Shown here piece by piece: positions 1-9,384 of a stretch of 64,000 bases of DNA. Both the position numbers and the translations under genes were made by a program. The notes beneath the pieces were generated by a model. It saw nothing but the letters and a program-made list of their open reading frames with translations. It was not told where the DNA came from and ran no database searches. The stretch comes from an uncultured Syntrophaceae bacterium (GTDB taxonomy: Bacteria; Desulfobacterota; Syntrophia; Syntrophales; UBA2192). The stretch lies in the NCBI GenBank assembly GCA_964547985.1, contig CAZJPV010000001.1, forward strand, positions 51,797-115,796, given 5' to 3'. Numbering within the stretch: the first letter of the stretch is position 1; every line of letters starts with the position of its first letter.

Positions 1-1
1 T

Positions 2-661
2 CCCGCCTATTTGGCCGGCATACAGGAAGGGGACCGGATCATTGCCATCGAGGGAAAGGCGGTTTCCCGCTGGGGCGATCTCGCCGAAATCATCACGCAA
101 AGCGGGGGGCGTGAGCTGGTGATCACGCTGGCCAGGATCGACAAACGATTCGAAGTCCGGCTGAAGCCTGAACTCGCGACGGGCAAAAACATCTTCGGAG
201 AGGATGTGGAATCCTACCGCATTGGTGTGAGCTCCTCGACGAACACCTTCATCGAAAGGCAGAACCCCTTCGCGGCGCTCTGGTCCGGCATCCTCCAGAC
301 CTGGACCATCACGGAGTTGACGCTTTTGAGCGTTGTCAAAATGGTTGAAGGGGTCGTCTCCCCGAAGAATCTGGGGGGACCCATCCTCATCGCGCAGATG
401 GCCGGCGTCCAGGCGAAAAAAGGGATCATGAACTTTGTCTTCTTTATGGGACTTCTGAGCATCAACCTGGGCGTTCTCAACCTCTTTCCCATTCCGGTGC
501 TGGATGGGGGTCACCTTTTTTTCTACCTGATCGAGGCCGTGACGGGCAAGGAGGTCAACATCAAGTGGCGGGAAAGGGCCCAGCAGGTCGGATTTGCGAT
601 CCTCATTATGCTCATTATCTTTGTCTTTTACAACGATATCCTGAGGCTCTTTGGTGAGTAA
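2..661 (+). CDS. rseP: RIP metalloprotease RseP (5'-truncated by window edge)
   Basis: PDZ domain followed by GPILIAQMAG and NLFPIPVLDGGH (M50 NxxPxxxLDGG motif); frame open from window start. Confidence 0.93.
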   Translation, partial: PAYLAGIQEGDRIIAIEGKAVSRWGDLAEIITQSGGRELVITLARIDKRFEVRLKPELATGKNIFGEDVESYRIGVSSSTNTFIERQNPFAALWSGILQTWTITELTLLSVVKMVEGVVSPKNLGGPILIAQMAGVQAKKGIMNFVFFMGLLSINLGVLNLFPIPVLDGGHLFFYLIEAVTGKEVNIKWRERAQQVGFAILIMLIIFVFYNDILRLFGE

Positions 662-662
662 G

Positions 663-1358
663 ATGGTCACCCTCGCCATCGATACGGCGACCCGGTCCGC
701 GGGTGTCGCGCTTCTCGAGGACGAAAACATCCTGGCGGAGTATTTCATCCGGCTTCGCCTCACCCATTCCGAATGCGTACTTCCTGCCGTCGAGGGGATC
801 CTCTCCAAGGCCGGAATGGGCATGGGTGACGTTCATCTCTTTGCTCTCACCCATGGGCCCGGTTCCTTCACGGGGCTTCGGGTGGGGGCAGGGATCGTCA
901 AAGGGCTGGCCCTGAGCACGGGCGGATCCATCGTCGGCGTATCCACCCTGGATGCCCTGGCGCAAAATCTGGCTTTTGCGTCTTGCCTGGTCTGTCCCAT
1001 CCTGGACGCGAAAAAAGGGCAGATTTACACTTCTCTTTACCGGCCGGCGGGAAAAGGACGACTCGAGAAGATCGAACCTGATCGGGCCGTAGACCCTGCC
1101 GTTTTTTTAAGACCGATCAGAGACCCTGTCATTTTCCTCGGAGACGGTGTGCCCGTATACGGCGATTTAATCCGGGAACTGCTTCCTTCAAGGGCCTTTT
1201 TTGCGCCGGCGAATTTTCAATGGATAAGACCCTCGGCCGTTGCTCTCCTGGGGCTGGAAAAGTATCGAAGGGGGGAGACCGTTGATCCGATGAGCTTTGT
1301 GCCCCGATACATCCGTCGGTCCGAGGCGGAGATCAGGACCTCCGGCGAGCGCACGTGA
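663..1358 (+). CDS. tsaB: tRNA threonylcarbamoyladenosine biosynthesis protein TsaB
   Basis: LAIDTAT, HSE, GPGSFTGLRVG, LDAKKGQIY, PRYIRRSEAE motifs; ATG at 663 right after rseP stop. Confidence 0.95.
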   Translation: MVTLAIDTATRSAGVALLEDENILAEYFIRLRLTHSECVLPAVEGILSKAGMGMGDVHLFALTHGPGSFTGLRVGAGIVKGLALSTGGSIVGVSTLDALAQNLAFASCLVCPILDAKKGQIYTSLYRPAGKGRLEKIEPDRAVDPAVFLRPIRDPVIFLGDGVPVYGDLIRELLPSRAFFAPANFQWIRPSAVALLGLEKYRRGETVDPMSFVPRYIRRSEAEIRTSGERT

Positions 1359-1424
1359 AATTTGTTTTTTTAAGGACGGCTGATTTATGGTATAAGGAAA
1401 GACTCTCAGAAAGGAAGGGTGTCC

Positions 1425-1643
1425 ATGGAAAAGCCGGAAGAAATGTTAATTGCCAAATACATTCATCAGGATGATGAGCTGCGAAAATCGGTGGAGGAAC
1501 ACCGAAATTTTGAAGCCGCCCTCGAGAATTTTAACAAGAGGCTCTACCTGACACCGGGAGAGGAGATGGAGAAGAAAAAATTGCAGAAATTGAAGCTTCT
1601 GAGTAAAGACAAAATATTCCAGCTTCTTGCGAAATATCGATAG
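1425..1643 (+). CDS. DUF465/YdcH-like small coiled-coil protein
   Basis: EEHRNFE...LQKLKLLSKDKI pattern; SD aaggaaggg; tggTATAAG just upstream. Confidence 0.8.
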   Translation: MEKPEEMLIAKYIHQDDELRKSVEEHRNFEAALENFNKRLYLTPGEEMEKKKLQKLKLLSKDKIFQLLAKYR

Positions 1644-1680
1644 GTTGGTTCATTTCAATCCATGGTATAAGAGACGGCGG

Positions 1681-2337
1681 ATGGAGGAGAAAAAAGGTTT
1701 CATCGTCAAGGAAGGCCTAAACTTCGTTTATGTAACGGTTCTGGTAGGTATCCTGGCGGCACTGATGGGCTTTTGGGGCTTCGCGATCCTTTGCTTTCTG
1801 GGTTCCCTTTTCTGTGCTTTTTTCTTTCGGAACCCGGAGAGGCACCCGCCCGAGGACGAGCGGGTTTTTGTGTCCCCGGCTGACGGGAAGGTTCTCCGGA
1901 TCGACGAGGTGGATATGACCGATCTCATTGAGGGTCCCTACAAGAAAATCAGTGTCTTCATGAACGTCTTCAACGTACACGTGAATCGCATCCCTTACCC
2001 GGGCAGGGTCGAGCGGGTGATCTACCGGGCGGGAAAATTTCTTTCGGCCAATCTGGACAAGGCATCGGAGGATAACGAGAAAAACGCCGTCGTCATTGCA
2101 ACAAACGACGGCCGGAAGTTCATGACGGTACAGATCGCCGGTCTCATCGCCCGGCGAATCATCTGCTGGTTATCAGAGGGAATGAGTGTGAACCGGGGCG
2201 AGCGTTTCGGATTGATTTGCTTCGGCTCACGTGTTGAAGTCTTTCTGCCACCCGGCGCATCTGTCCTGGTCAAAGCGGGGCAGAAGGTCAAGGCCGGTGA
2301 AACCCCCTTAGGATACGACCATGAGAAACAGAGATAA
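1681..2337 (+). CDS. psd: Phosphatidylserine decarboxylase proenzyme (short type)
   Basis: FFRNPER, SPADGKV, FMNVFNVHVNRIP, QIAGLIARRI, FGSRVE autocleavage site. Confidence 0.95.
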   Translation: MEEKKGFIVKEGLNFVYVTVLVGILAALMGFWGFAILCFLGSLFCAFFFRNPERHPPEDERVFVSPADGKVLRIDEVDMTDLIEGPYKKISVFMNVFNVHVNRIPYPGRVERVIYRAGKFLSANLDKASEDNEKNAVVIATNDGRKFMTVQIAGLIARRIICWLSEGMSVNRGERFGLICFGSRVEVFLPPGASVLVKAGQKVKAGETPLGYDHEKQR

Positions 2338-3148
2338 ATTCAGGAGAGATCGGTTTTTCAGGAGAGGCCGGTTTTTCAAAAAGGAAAAAATGAAAAGGGG
2401 CATTTACATATTGCCCAATCTCTTTACGACGGCAAGCCTCTTTGCCGGTGTGTATTCCGTGGTTGCTTCGATCACGGGACAGTTTGTCCATGCGGCGGTG
2501 GCGATTCCCATATCGTTGATTCTCGACGGGCTGGACGGGAGAATCGCCCGGATGACCCGGACGACTTCCAGGTTCGGCGTCGAGTATGACTCCCTGGCCG
2601 ATCTCGTGGCCTTCGGTGTGGCACCGGCGGTTCTGGCCTACACCTGGTCCCTTTCCACATACGGAAGGTGGGGATGGCTTATCGCAGCGCTCTTTGTCAC
2701 CTGCGGAGCCCTGAGACTCGCCCGCTTCAACATCCAGATCGGGGTCATCGACAGCAAAGTTTTTAACGGTCTCGCCATTCCGGCGGCGGCCCTGGTCGTG
2801 GCCACAACGGTCATGCTGTACGACTATATCGGCGGCGTGGGACCCTTTCATCATCCGGCCATCCTCGGGGGCATTATTGTCGTGGCCTTGCTGATGGTGA
2901 GCAACGTCAAGTACTACAGTTTCAAGGACCTGAACCTTTTCAAGCGTGAACCCTTCATGTCCTTCATCTTGCTGGTGCTGCTTCTCATCGTTGTCGTTGC
3001 TGAGCCCCAGGTGATGCTCTTCACCTTTGCCGTCAGCTATGCCGCCTCCGGTCCGATATGGCTCGTCTTTAAACTTGCGAAGAAAATCACCCACGGAGAG
3101 GTCAAGAAAGAAGAAATCGGTGACCAACAGAGCAAGCCGCTGACGTAG
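2321..3148 (+). CDS. pssA: CDP-diacylglycerol--serine O-phosphatidyltransferase
   Basis: LPNLFT; DGLDGRIAR...FGVEYDSLADLVAFG CDP-alcohol motif; LRLARFN. Start could be 2390. Confidence 0.95.
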   Translation: MRNRDKFRRDRFFRRGRFFKKEKMKRGIYILPNLFTTASLFAGVYSVVASITGQFVHAAVAIPISLILDGLDGRIARMTRTTSRFGVEYDSLADLVAFGVAPAVLAYTWSLSTYGRWGWLIAALFVTCGALRLARFNIQIGVIDSKVFNGLAIPAAALVVATTVMLYDYIGGVGPFHHPAILGGIIVVALLMVSNVKYYSFKDLNLFKREPFMSFILLVLLLIVVVAEPQVMLFTFAVSYAASGPIWLVFKLAKKITHGEVKKEEIGDQQSKPLT

Positions 3149-3205
3149 AGCTGAAAAACAAGGCTTTGGCTCTGGATGAATTACCTGAGGAGGATCGATT
3201 GGATC

Positions 3206-4225
3206 ATGCGGAGTTATAACGTGGCCGTCGTCGGGGCGACGGGGGCCGTCGGCAATGAAATGATTTCCATTCTGGAAGAGAGAAATTTCCCGGTCAAGAC
3301 CTTAACCCTTCTTGCCTCTGAGCGATCGCTCGGCAAGGAACTGGCATTCAGGGGGAAGAAGCACCCCGTGAAGGTTCTGGGTGAGCATTCCTTCGGGGGG
3401 ATCGACGTCGGGCTCTTCTCGGCCGGGGGAAGCATCAGCCAGAAGTTTGCACCCATCGCTGCCGCTGCAGGTTGCGTCGTCATCGACAACACGAGTGCTT
3501 TCCGTTACGAGCCGGATATCCCGTTGGTGGTCCCGGAGGTGAATCCGGAGAAGATCGCCGAATACAGAAAAAGGGGGATCATTGCCAACCCGAACTGCTC
3601 GACCATACAGATGGTCGTGGTGTTGAAACCCCTGCACGACGTGGCGAGAATTAAGAGGGTGGTCGTGTCGACCTATCAGGCTGTGTCGGGGACGGGCAAG
3701 AAAGCCATGGAGGAACTCGCCGAACAGACGAGGGCGATCATGAACTTCCAGGATCCCGTTGCGAAAGTCTATCCTTATCAGATCGCCTTTAACTGCCTCC
3801 CGCACATCGACGTTTTTCTCGAGAACGGATACACCAAGGAAGAAATGAAGATGGTCTGGGAGACGCAAAAAATCATGGGCGATGATTCCATCGCGGTGAC
3901 GGCGACCACCATCCGCGTTCCCGTGTTCCGGGCGCACTCGGAGTCGGTCAACATCGAAACGGAAAAAAAGATCACGGCAAAAGAAGCAAAGGAACTGCTT
4001 TCCAGAGCGCCGGGTATCGTGGTTGTCGATGACCCGGGCAAGCGGGAATACCCCCTGGCCATCCATGCCGCAGGGAAGGATGAAACATTCGTCGGGAGAA
4101 TCCGGGAAGACACATCCATTGTCAACGGACTCAACCTCTGGATTGTTTCGGACAACCTCCGGAAAGGCGCCGCCTTGAATGCTGTTCAGATTGCCGAGAT
4201 CCTGGTGCGGGATTACTTGAAATAA
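3206..4225 (+). CDS. asd: Aspartate-semialdehyde dehydrogenase
   Basis: VGATGAVG, IANPNCSTIQM, STYQAVSG, DNLRKGAALNAVQIAE. Confidence 0.97.
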   Translation: MRSYNVAVVGATGAVGNEMISILEERNFPVKTLTLLASERSLGKELAFRGKKHPVKVLGEHSFGGIDVGLFSAGGSISQKFAPIAAAAGCVVIDNTSAFRYEPDIPLVVPEVNPEKIAEYRKRGIIANPNCSTIQMVVVLKPLHDVARIKRVVVSTYQAVSGTGKKAMEELAEQTRAIMNFQDPVAKVYPYQIAFNCLPHIDVFLENGYTKEEMKMVWETQKIMGDDSIAVTATTIRVPVFRAHSESVNIETEKKITAKEAKELLSRAPGIVVVDDPGKREYPLAIHAAGKDETFVGRIREDTSIVNGLNLWIVSDNLRKGAALNAVQIAEILVRDYLK

Positions 4226-4323
4226 AGGCTCAAGGTAAAAGGCTTGAGGAAGAGGGCTTTTCACGAGGAGATCGAACCTCGGCGAATAAGCATAAGCCTC
4301 GCGCCTTCAGATTGTGTCTCATC

Positions 4324-4878
4324 ATGCGAATTATCGGAGGCCGGGCAAGAGGTCTTACCCTGTATGCGCCGAAAGGCCTTTCCGTGAGGCCAACCTCCGA
4401 TCGGGTCAAAGAATCTATCTTTGACATACTGTCCTCTATGGAAGGCCTATCCTTCCTCGATCTGTATGCCGGTTCCGGCAACATGGGCCTCGAGGCCCTG
4501 AGCAGGGGCGCATCCAGGGTCGTGTTTATCGAGAATAACCGATCCTGCGTTGAGACCATCCGAAGAAATTTGTCTGTGATGCATACCGAGAGTTCCTCCG
4601 AAGTGATCGAGGCATCCGTGGAGCAGGGCATCCGGCGGCTTCTGCGAAGACAGGAAGACTTTGACATTATTTTTGCCGACCCGCCCTACGGGGGGGGGTA
4701 TGTCGAGAAGACGCTGGATCTTTTGAGGCGAGGATATTTGCTTTTTCGCGATTCGGGCCTATTGGTCCTGCAGCATGCCGTCAGGGAAGAGTTAAAAGGG
4801 GATCCAGCGCCCTTCCTGTTGGAACGGAGAAGGAGATACGGGGGGACAGTGGTTTCTTTTTTCAAAGGGGAGAGGTGA
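4324..4878 (+). CDS. rsmD: 16S rRNA (guanine(966)-N2)-methyltransferase
   Basis: MRIIGG, RPTSDRVKE, LDLYAGSG, EALSRGA, DPPY. Confidence 0.95.
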   Translation: MRIIGGRARGLTLYAPKGLSVRPTSDRVKESIFDILSSMEGLSFLDLYAGSGNMGLEALSRGASRVVFIENNRSCVETIRRNLSVMHTESSSEVIEASVEQGIRRLLRRQEDFDIIFADPPYGGGYVEKTLDLLRRGYLLFRDSGLLVLQHAVREELKGDPAPFLLERRRRYGGTVVSFFKGER

Positions 4879-4887
4879 GGAGCGCAC

Positions 4888-5391
4888 ATGGAAAAGCTTG
4901 CGGTCTATCCGGGGTCTTTTGACCCCATCACGAACGGTCATGTCGACATCATCCGGCGCGGGTTGAGGTTCTTCGACCGGCTCATCATCCTGATTGCCTA
5001 CAACCCGAATAAAAGCGGCCTCTTCTCCGTAGAGGAGCGGATGGAAATGATCCGAACGGTCATCGGTGCCGACCCCAGGGTCACGATCGACAGTTCCCCC
5101 GGACTCATGGTCAATTATGCGAAAGAAAAAGGCGCCCAGGTGATCCTGCGGGGGCTGAGGGCCCTGTCGGATTTTGAATACGAATTTCAGATGGCCCTCA
5201 TCAATCGGCGGCTGGACCGTGACATCGAGACCGTTTTTTTCATGACGGGCTACAAATGGTTTTACACGAGCTCCAATCTGATCAAGGAGGCCGCCAGCCA
5301 CGGCGGGTCCGTGCGTGGACTCGTTCCCGACATCGTCCTCCAGAGATTGGAGGAGAAGTACGAATCGCAGTTCAAGGGGCGTAAGGGATGA
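4888..5391 (+). CDS. coaD: Pantetheine-phosphate adenylyltransferase
   Basis: YPGSFDPITNGH, RGLRALSDFEYE. Confidence 0.97.
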   Translation: MEKLAVYPGSFDPITNGHVDIIRRGLRFFDRLIILIAYNPNKSGLFSVEERMEMIRTVIGADPRVTIDSSPGLMVNYAKEKGAQVILRGLRALSDFEYEFQMALINRRLDRDIETVFFMTGYKWFYTSSNLIKEAASHGGSVRGLVPDIVLQRLEEKYESQFKGRKG

Positions 5392-6581
5392 AGCTGGCAA
5401 CGAGGGTGACAAAGATCAAGCCGTCGCCGACGCTGGCGGTGACCATGCGCGCAAGGGCCCTGCAGGCCCAGGGGAAGGACATCATCGGGTTCGGAGCGGG
5501 GGAACCGGACTTCGACACACCCGAAAACATCAAGCAGGCGGCCATCAAGGCCATCCGGGAGGGATTCACCAAGTACACGCCCGTCGGCGGCATCGATGAG
5601 CTAAAGGACGCCATCATCACCAAGCTGAAGCGGGACAATGGCCTGACCTACAAGCGATCACAGATTGTTGTCTCCTGCGGTGCCAAGCACACGCTGTACA
5701 ATATCGCCCAGGCTCTCTTCGAGAAAGGCGACGAGGTGATCATCCCTTCGCCCTACTGGGTTTCTTACCCGGATATCGTCCTTCTGGCCGGCGCGAAGCC
5801 CGTTATCGTGGATACAACGGCATCGACAGGTTTCAAACTCACGCCGGAAAAGCTCGAGAAGGCCATCAGGAAGAAAACCAGGGCCGTTATCATCAACAGC
5901 CCCTCGAACCCGACGGGGGCCACCTACAGCCTGAAGGAGCTGGAGGGGCTCGCGGAAGTCATCCTTTCAAAGGGCATCCTGGTGATCTCCGATGACATTT
6001 ACGAGAGAATTCTCTACGACGGTCTTCAATTCCATAACATGGCCAATGTCAGCGAAGCGATGAAGGACCGGTGCATCGTCGTCAACGGCGTCTCCAAGGC
6101 CTATGCCATGACCGGCTGGAGAATCGGCTATGCGGCAGGTCCCGAAATTATCATCTCGGCCGTCACGGAAATGCAGAGCCAGAGCACCTCGAATGCGACC
6201 TCCATTTCCCAGAAGGCATCCGTGGAAGCCCTGGCCGGTGATCAGAAAACCGTTTCCGTGATGGCCGCGGAGTTCGAAAAGAGACGGAATTACATCGTGG
6301 GCCGGCTCAACGAGATCAAGGGCATGAGCTGTATGAAACCCCCCGGTGCTTTTTACGTCTTCCCCAGGGTATCCCGCCTTTACGGGACCGGATACGGGGG
6401 CAGGAAAATCGCCCATTCGGTTGATCTTTCGGAATTTCTCCTCGAGGAAGCGGGGGTCGCCGTGGTTCCGGGATCGGCCTTTGGGAATGACCATCACATT
6501 CGCCTTTCCTATGCCACTTCGATGAAGAATATCGAGGAGGGTGTCCGTCGGATCAAGGTGGTCGTAGGGAAATTGACGTAA
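5388..6581 (+). CDS. aspC: PLP-dependent class I aminotransferase (aspartate aminotransferase-like)
   Basis: GEPDFDTP, NSPSNPTG, SDDIY, SKAYAMTGWRIG, RLSYA. Confidence 0.9.
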   Translation: MKLATRVTKIKPSPTLAVTMRARALQAQGKDIIGFGAGEPDFDTPENIKQAAIKAIREGFTKYTPVGGIDELKDAIITKLKRDNGLTYKRSQIVVSCGAKHTLYNIAQALFEKGDEVIIPSPYWVSYPDIVLLAGAKPVIVDTTASTGFKLTPEKLEKAIRKKTRAVIINSPSNPTGATYSLKELEGLAEVILSKGILVISDDIYERILYDGLQFHNMANVSEAMKDRCIVVNGVSKAYAMTGWRIGYAAGPEIIISAVTEMQSQSTSNATSISQKASVEALAGDQKTVSVMAAEFEKRRNYIVGRLNEIKGMSCMKPPGAFYVFPRVSRLYGTGYGGRKIAHSVDLSEFLLEEAGVAVVPGSAFGNDHHIRLSYATSMKNIEEGVRRIKVVVGKLT

Positions 6582-6605
6582 GATAACAGGGGGATTCATC
6601 ATACC

Positions 6606-8000
6606 ATGGGCGGTCTTTTCGGTATCGTTTCGACGCATCAATGTTCCAAAGCTCTTTTTTATGGAACGGACTATCATTCCCACCTGGGCACGGAAAATGG
6701 CGGCCTGGCCATTTTGGGAGAAAGAGGATTCTTCAACACCATCCACAGCATCAGTCAGGCTCAGTTCAAATCGAAATTCGCCGATGACTACAAACAGATG
6801 AACGGGAGCATGGGCATTGGCTCGATCAACAATGATGCGCCCCAACCGCTCATCATCCGGTCCAAGTTCGGCACTTTCGCCATCGCGGCGACGGGTCTCG
6901 TGACCAACAAGGATGCTCTCACGCAGGAGCTTTTATCGGCGGGGGTCACATTCAATGAGATGACCGGCGGGGGCGTCAACATGGTGGAGCTGATTGCTCG
7001 ATTGATCAACAAGGGGACTTCTCTTGTTGACGGAATCACCCGGGGGCAGAACCTGATCGAGGGCTCCATCTGCATTCTGGTTCTCAAGGATGAGGGGATC
7101 TACGCAGCAAGGGATCGGTTTGGAAGGTTCCCCCTGGCCATCGGTGTAAACGAGGCCGGGGAGCGAGTCGTGGCCACAGAGGCCAGTGCCTTTCAGAATC
7201 TGGGATTTCAGCTCATCCGTTGCCTGGAACCCGGGGAGATCGTGCTTCTTTCCCCGCACGAATTCAAAGAACTGAAAAAGGGAAACCCCGTCAAACAGGT
7301 CTGTGCATTCCTGTGGATTTATACGGGGGATCCCTCGTCATCCTACGAGGGGATCAGCGTAGAGCAAGCAAGAGAACGATGCGGGAGGGCGCTCGCGAGG
7401 GGCGACAACACCCAGGCCGACATGGTCACCGGCATTCCGGATTCGGGTATCGGTCACGCCATCGGTTATGCCATGGCGTCTGGTATTCCCTATCGAAGAC
7501 CGCTCGTGAAATACACACCCGGCTATGGCCGGAGCTATACACCGCCGTCGCAGGACATCCGTGACCTTGTCGCCACCATGAAGCTTATCGCCGTGAAGGA
7601 TGTCATTAAGGGGAGTCGCATGATTGTCTGCGACGACTCTATCGTCCGCGGAACACAGATTAAAAATTACACGATCCGGAAACTCTGGGACAACGGCGCG
7701 AGCGAAATTTATCTCAGGGTTGCCTGTCCACCCTTGATGTTTCCGTGTCGATATGGCGCATCGACCCGGAGCAAATCGGAACTGGCGTCTCGCAGGGCGA
7801 TCAGGGCCCTGGAGGGAAACGATATCGAGGATATCGAAGAATACCTGGATGTCCGAACGGAAAAATACAAAAAGATGGTCGAGTGGATTCGAAAGGACCT
7901 GAACCTCACCTCCCTCAAGTATCTGGCGATCGAGGACATCATCCAAGCCATCGGTTTGCCGGAAAAGGACCTCTGCCTGTATTGTTGGCGGGGCCGGTAG
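6606..8000 (+). CDS. purF: Amidophosphoribosyltransferase, variant lacking the N-terminal Cys nucleophile
   Basis: PRPP motif DDSIVRGTQ, GIPDSG, Fe-S Cys (CAF, PCRYG, CLYC); N-terminus is MGGLFG instead of MCG. Confidence 0.88.
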   Translation: MGGLFGIVSTHQCSKALFYGTDYHSHLGTENGGLAILGERGFFNTIHSISQAQFKSKFADDYKQMNGSMGIGSINNDAPQPLIIRSKFGTFAIAATGLVTNKDALTQELLSAGVTFNEMTGGGVNMVELIARLINKGTSLVDGITRGQNLIEGSICILVLKDEGIYAARDRFGRFPLAIGVNEAGERVVATEASAFQNLGFQLIRCLEPGEIVLLSPHEFKELKKGNPVKQVCAFLWIYTGDPSSSYEGISVEQARERCGRALARGDNTQADMVTGIPDSGIGHAIGYAMASGIPYRRPLVKYTPGYGRSYTPPSQDIRDLVATMKLIAVKDVIKGSRMIVCDDSIVRGTQIKNYTIRKLWDNGASEIYLRVACPPLMFPCRYGASTRSKSELASRRAIRALEGNDIEDIEEYLDVRTEKYKKMVEWIRKDLNLTSLKYLAIEDIIQAIGLPEKDLCLYCWRGR

Positions 8001-8268
8001 ATTTTCCGGGAAAGATACAAAGTACCAAAGACGAATTTTGTTCCGTCGGTTCAAGACTAGATCTATGGGTTCGGGTCATTTTTGCTCCGGCAGGGATATC
8101 CCCGGACCGTCATCCTCCCGCAGCGATCCCGAAGGGCTGGCCCCTTACGGCCCGGAGATATACATCCATTTCCCGATAAATCGGGATGCCCGGTGCGGAT
8201 CAGCCCTGCAGGGTTCTGGATTGCTTTTGTAACCCCGTGTGATTATTTTAAATAGTGATGGATCGAAG

Positions 8269-9384
8269 ATGAAGCAGGAGCAGATAAACCCGAGTTCGCT
8301 CGGACAAAAAAGAAAACGGACGAAAGCCGTCTTTGTGGGTTCCGTGAAGATTGGCGGTGATGCGCCTGTGGTCGTCCAGTCGATGACCTCCACGGACACG
8401 CGGGATGCCAAGGCGACGATCCGTCAGATCAAAGCGCTTGAGTTCTGCGGCTGTGAGGTCGTCCGGCTTGCCATTCCCGACGAAGAAGCCCTCGGGGCCT
8501 TCGGCGTGATCCGCAAGGCCGTGAAGCTACCCCTCATTGCGGACATCCATTTCAATTACCGCCTCGCGATCGGGGCGTTGGAAAAAGGGGCCGATGGGAT
8601 TCGGATCAACCCGGGTAACTTAAGCCGCGCCCGTATCCGGGAGGTCGTGATGGCCGCCATCGGGCGCAAGGCCGTCATCCGCATCGGGGTGAATTCCGGG
8701 TCTCTGCAGAAGGACATTCTCGCTCGGTATGGCGGACCCACCGCCGAGGCCCTCGTGGAGAGCGCCATGGAAAACATCGCTCTCCTTGAAGACCTGGGCT
8801 CTGCGGCCATCAAGGTTTCTCTCAAGTCCTCCGATGTGCCCACGATGGTGAGGGCCTACCGTCTCGTGTCGAAAAGGACACGCTACCCGCTCCACCTGGG
8901 TGTGACGGAAGCAGGCGGGGTCCTCGGTTCGGCCGTCAAGTCGTCCCTCGGCATCGGGATTCTCCTGAGCGAAGGGATCGGTGACACGATCCGGGTGTCC
9001 GTCACGGGTGATCCCGTTGATGAAGTGAGAATCGCCTATGGAATTTTAAGGGCCCTGGGCATACGGCAGGTGGGTCCTGACATCGTCTCCTGCCCGACCT
9101 GCGGCCGCTGCGAGATTGATCTGGTCAGCCTCGTGAACGAGGTCGAAAGAAGGCTGGCGGGCATGAAAGACCCTCTCAAGATCGCCCTGATGGGATGTGC
9201 CGTCAACGGCCCGGGGGAGGCTTCAGAGGCGGATATCGGTATTGCCGGGGGAAAGGGCTCGGGACTTCTCTTCAAAAAAGGAAGGGTGATCCGGAGGGTC
9301 CGGGAAAAGGAATTTATATCAGCACTCATGGATGAGATTGACAAGATGATTGCCGAAAGGGGGAGAAAACATGCGATACTCTGA
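8269..9384 (+). CDS. ispG: HMB-PP synthase (flavodoxin/ferredoxin)
   Basis: VQSMT, ADIHF, RINPGN, HLGVTEAG, SCPTCGRC, MGCAVNGPGE. Confidence 0.97.
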   Translation: MKQEQINPSSLGQKRKRTKAVFVGSVKIGGDAPVVVQSMTSTDTRDAKATIRQIKALEFCGCEVVRLAIPDEEALGAFGVIRKAVKLPLIADIHFNYRLAIGALEKGADGIRINPGNLSRARIREVVMAAIGRKAVIRIGVNSGSLQKDILARYGGPTAEALVESAMENIALLEDLGSAAIKVSLKSSDVPTMVRAYRLVSKRTRYPLHLGVTEAGGVLGSAVKSSLGIGILLSEGIGDTIRVSVTGDPVDEVRIAYGILRALGIRQVGPDIVSCPTCGRCEIDLVSLVNEVERRLAGMKDPLKIALMGCAVNGPGEASEADIGIAGGKGSGLLFKKGRVIRRVREKEFISALMDEIDKMIAERGRKHAIL

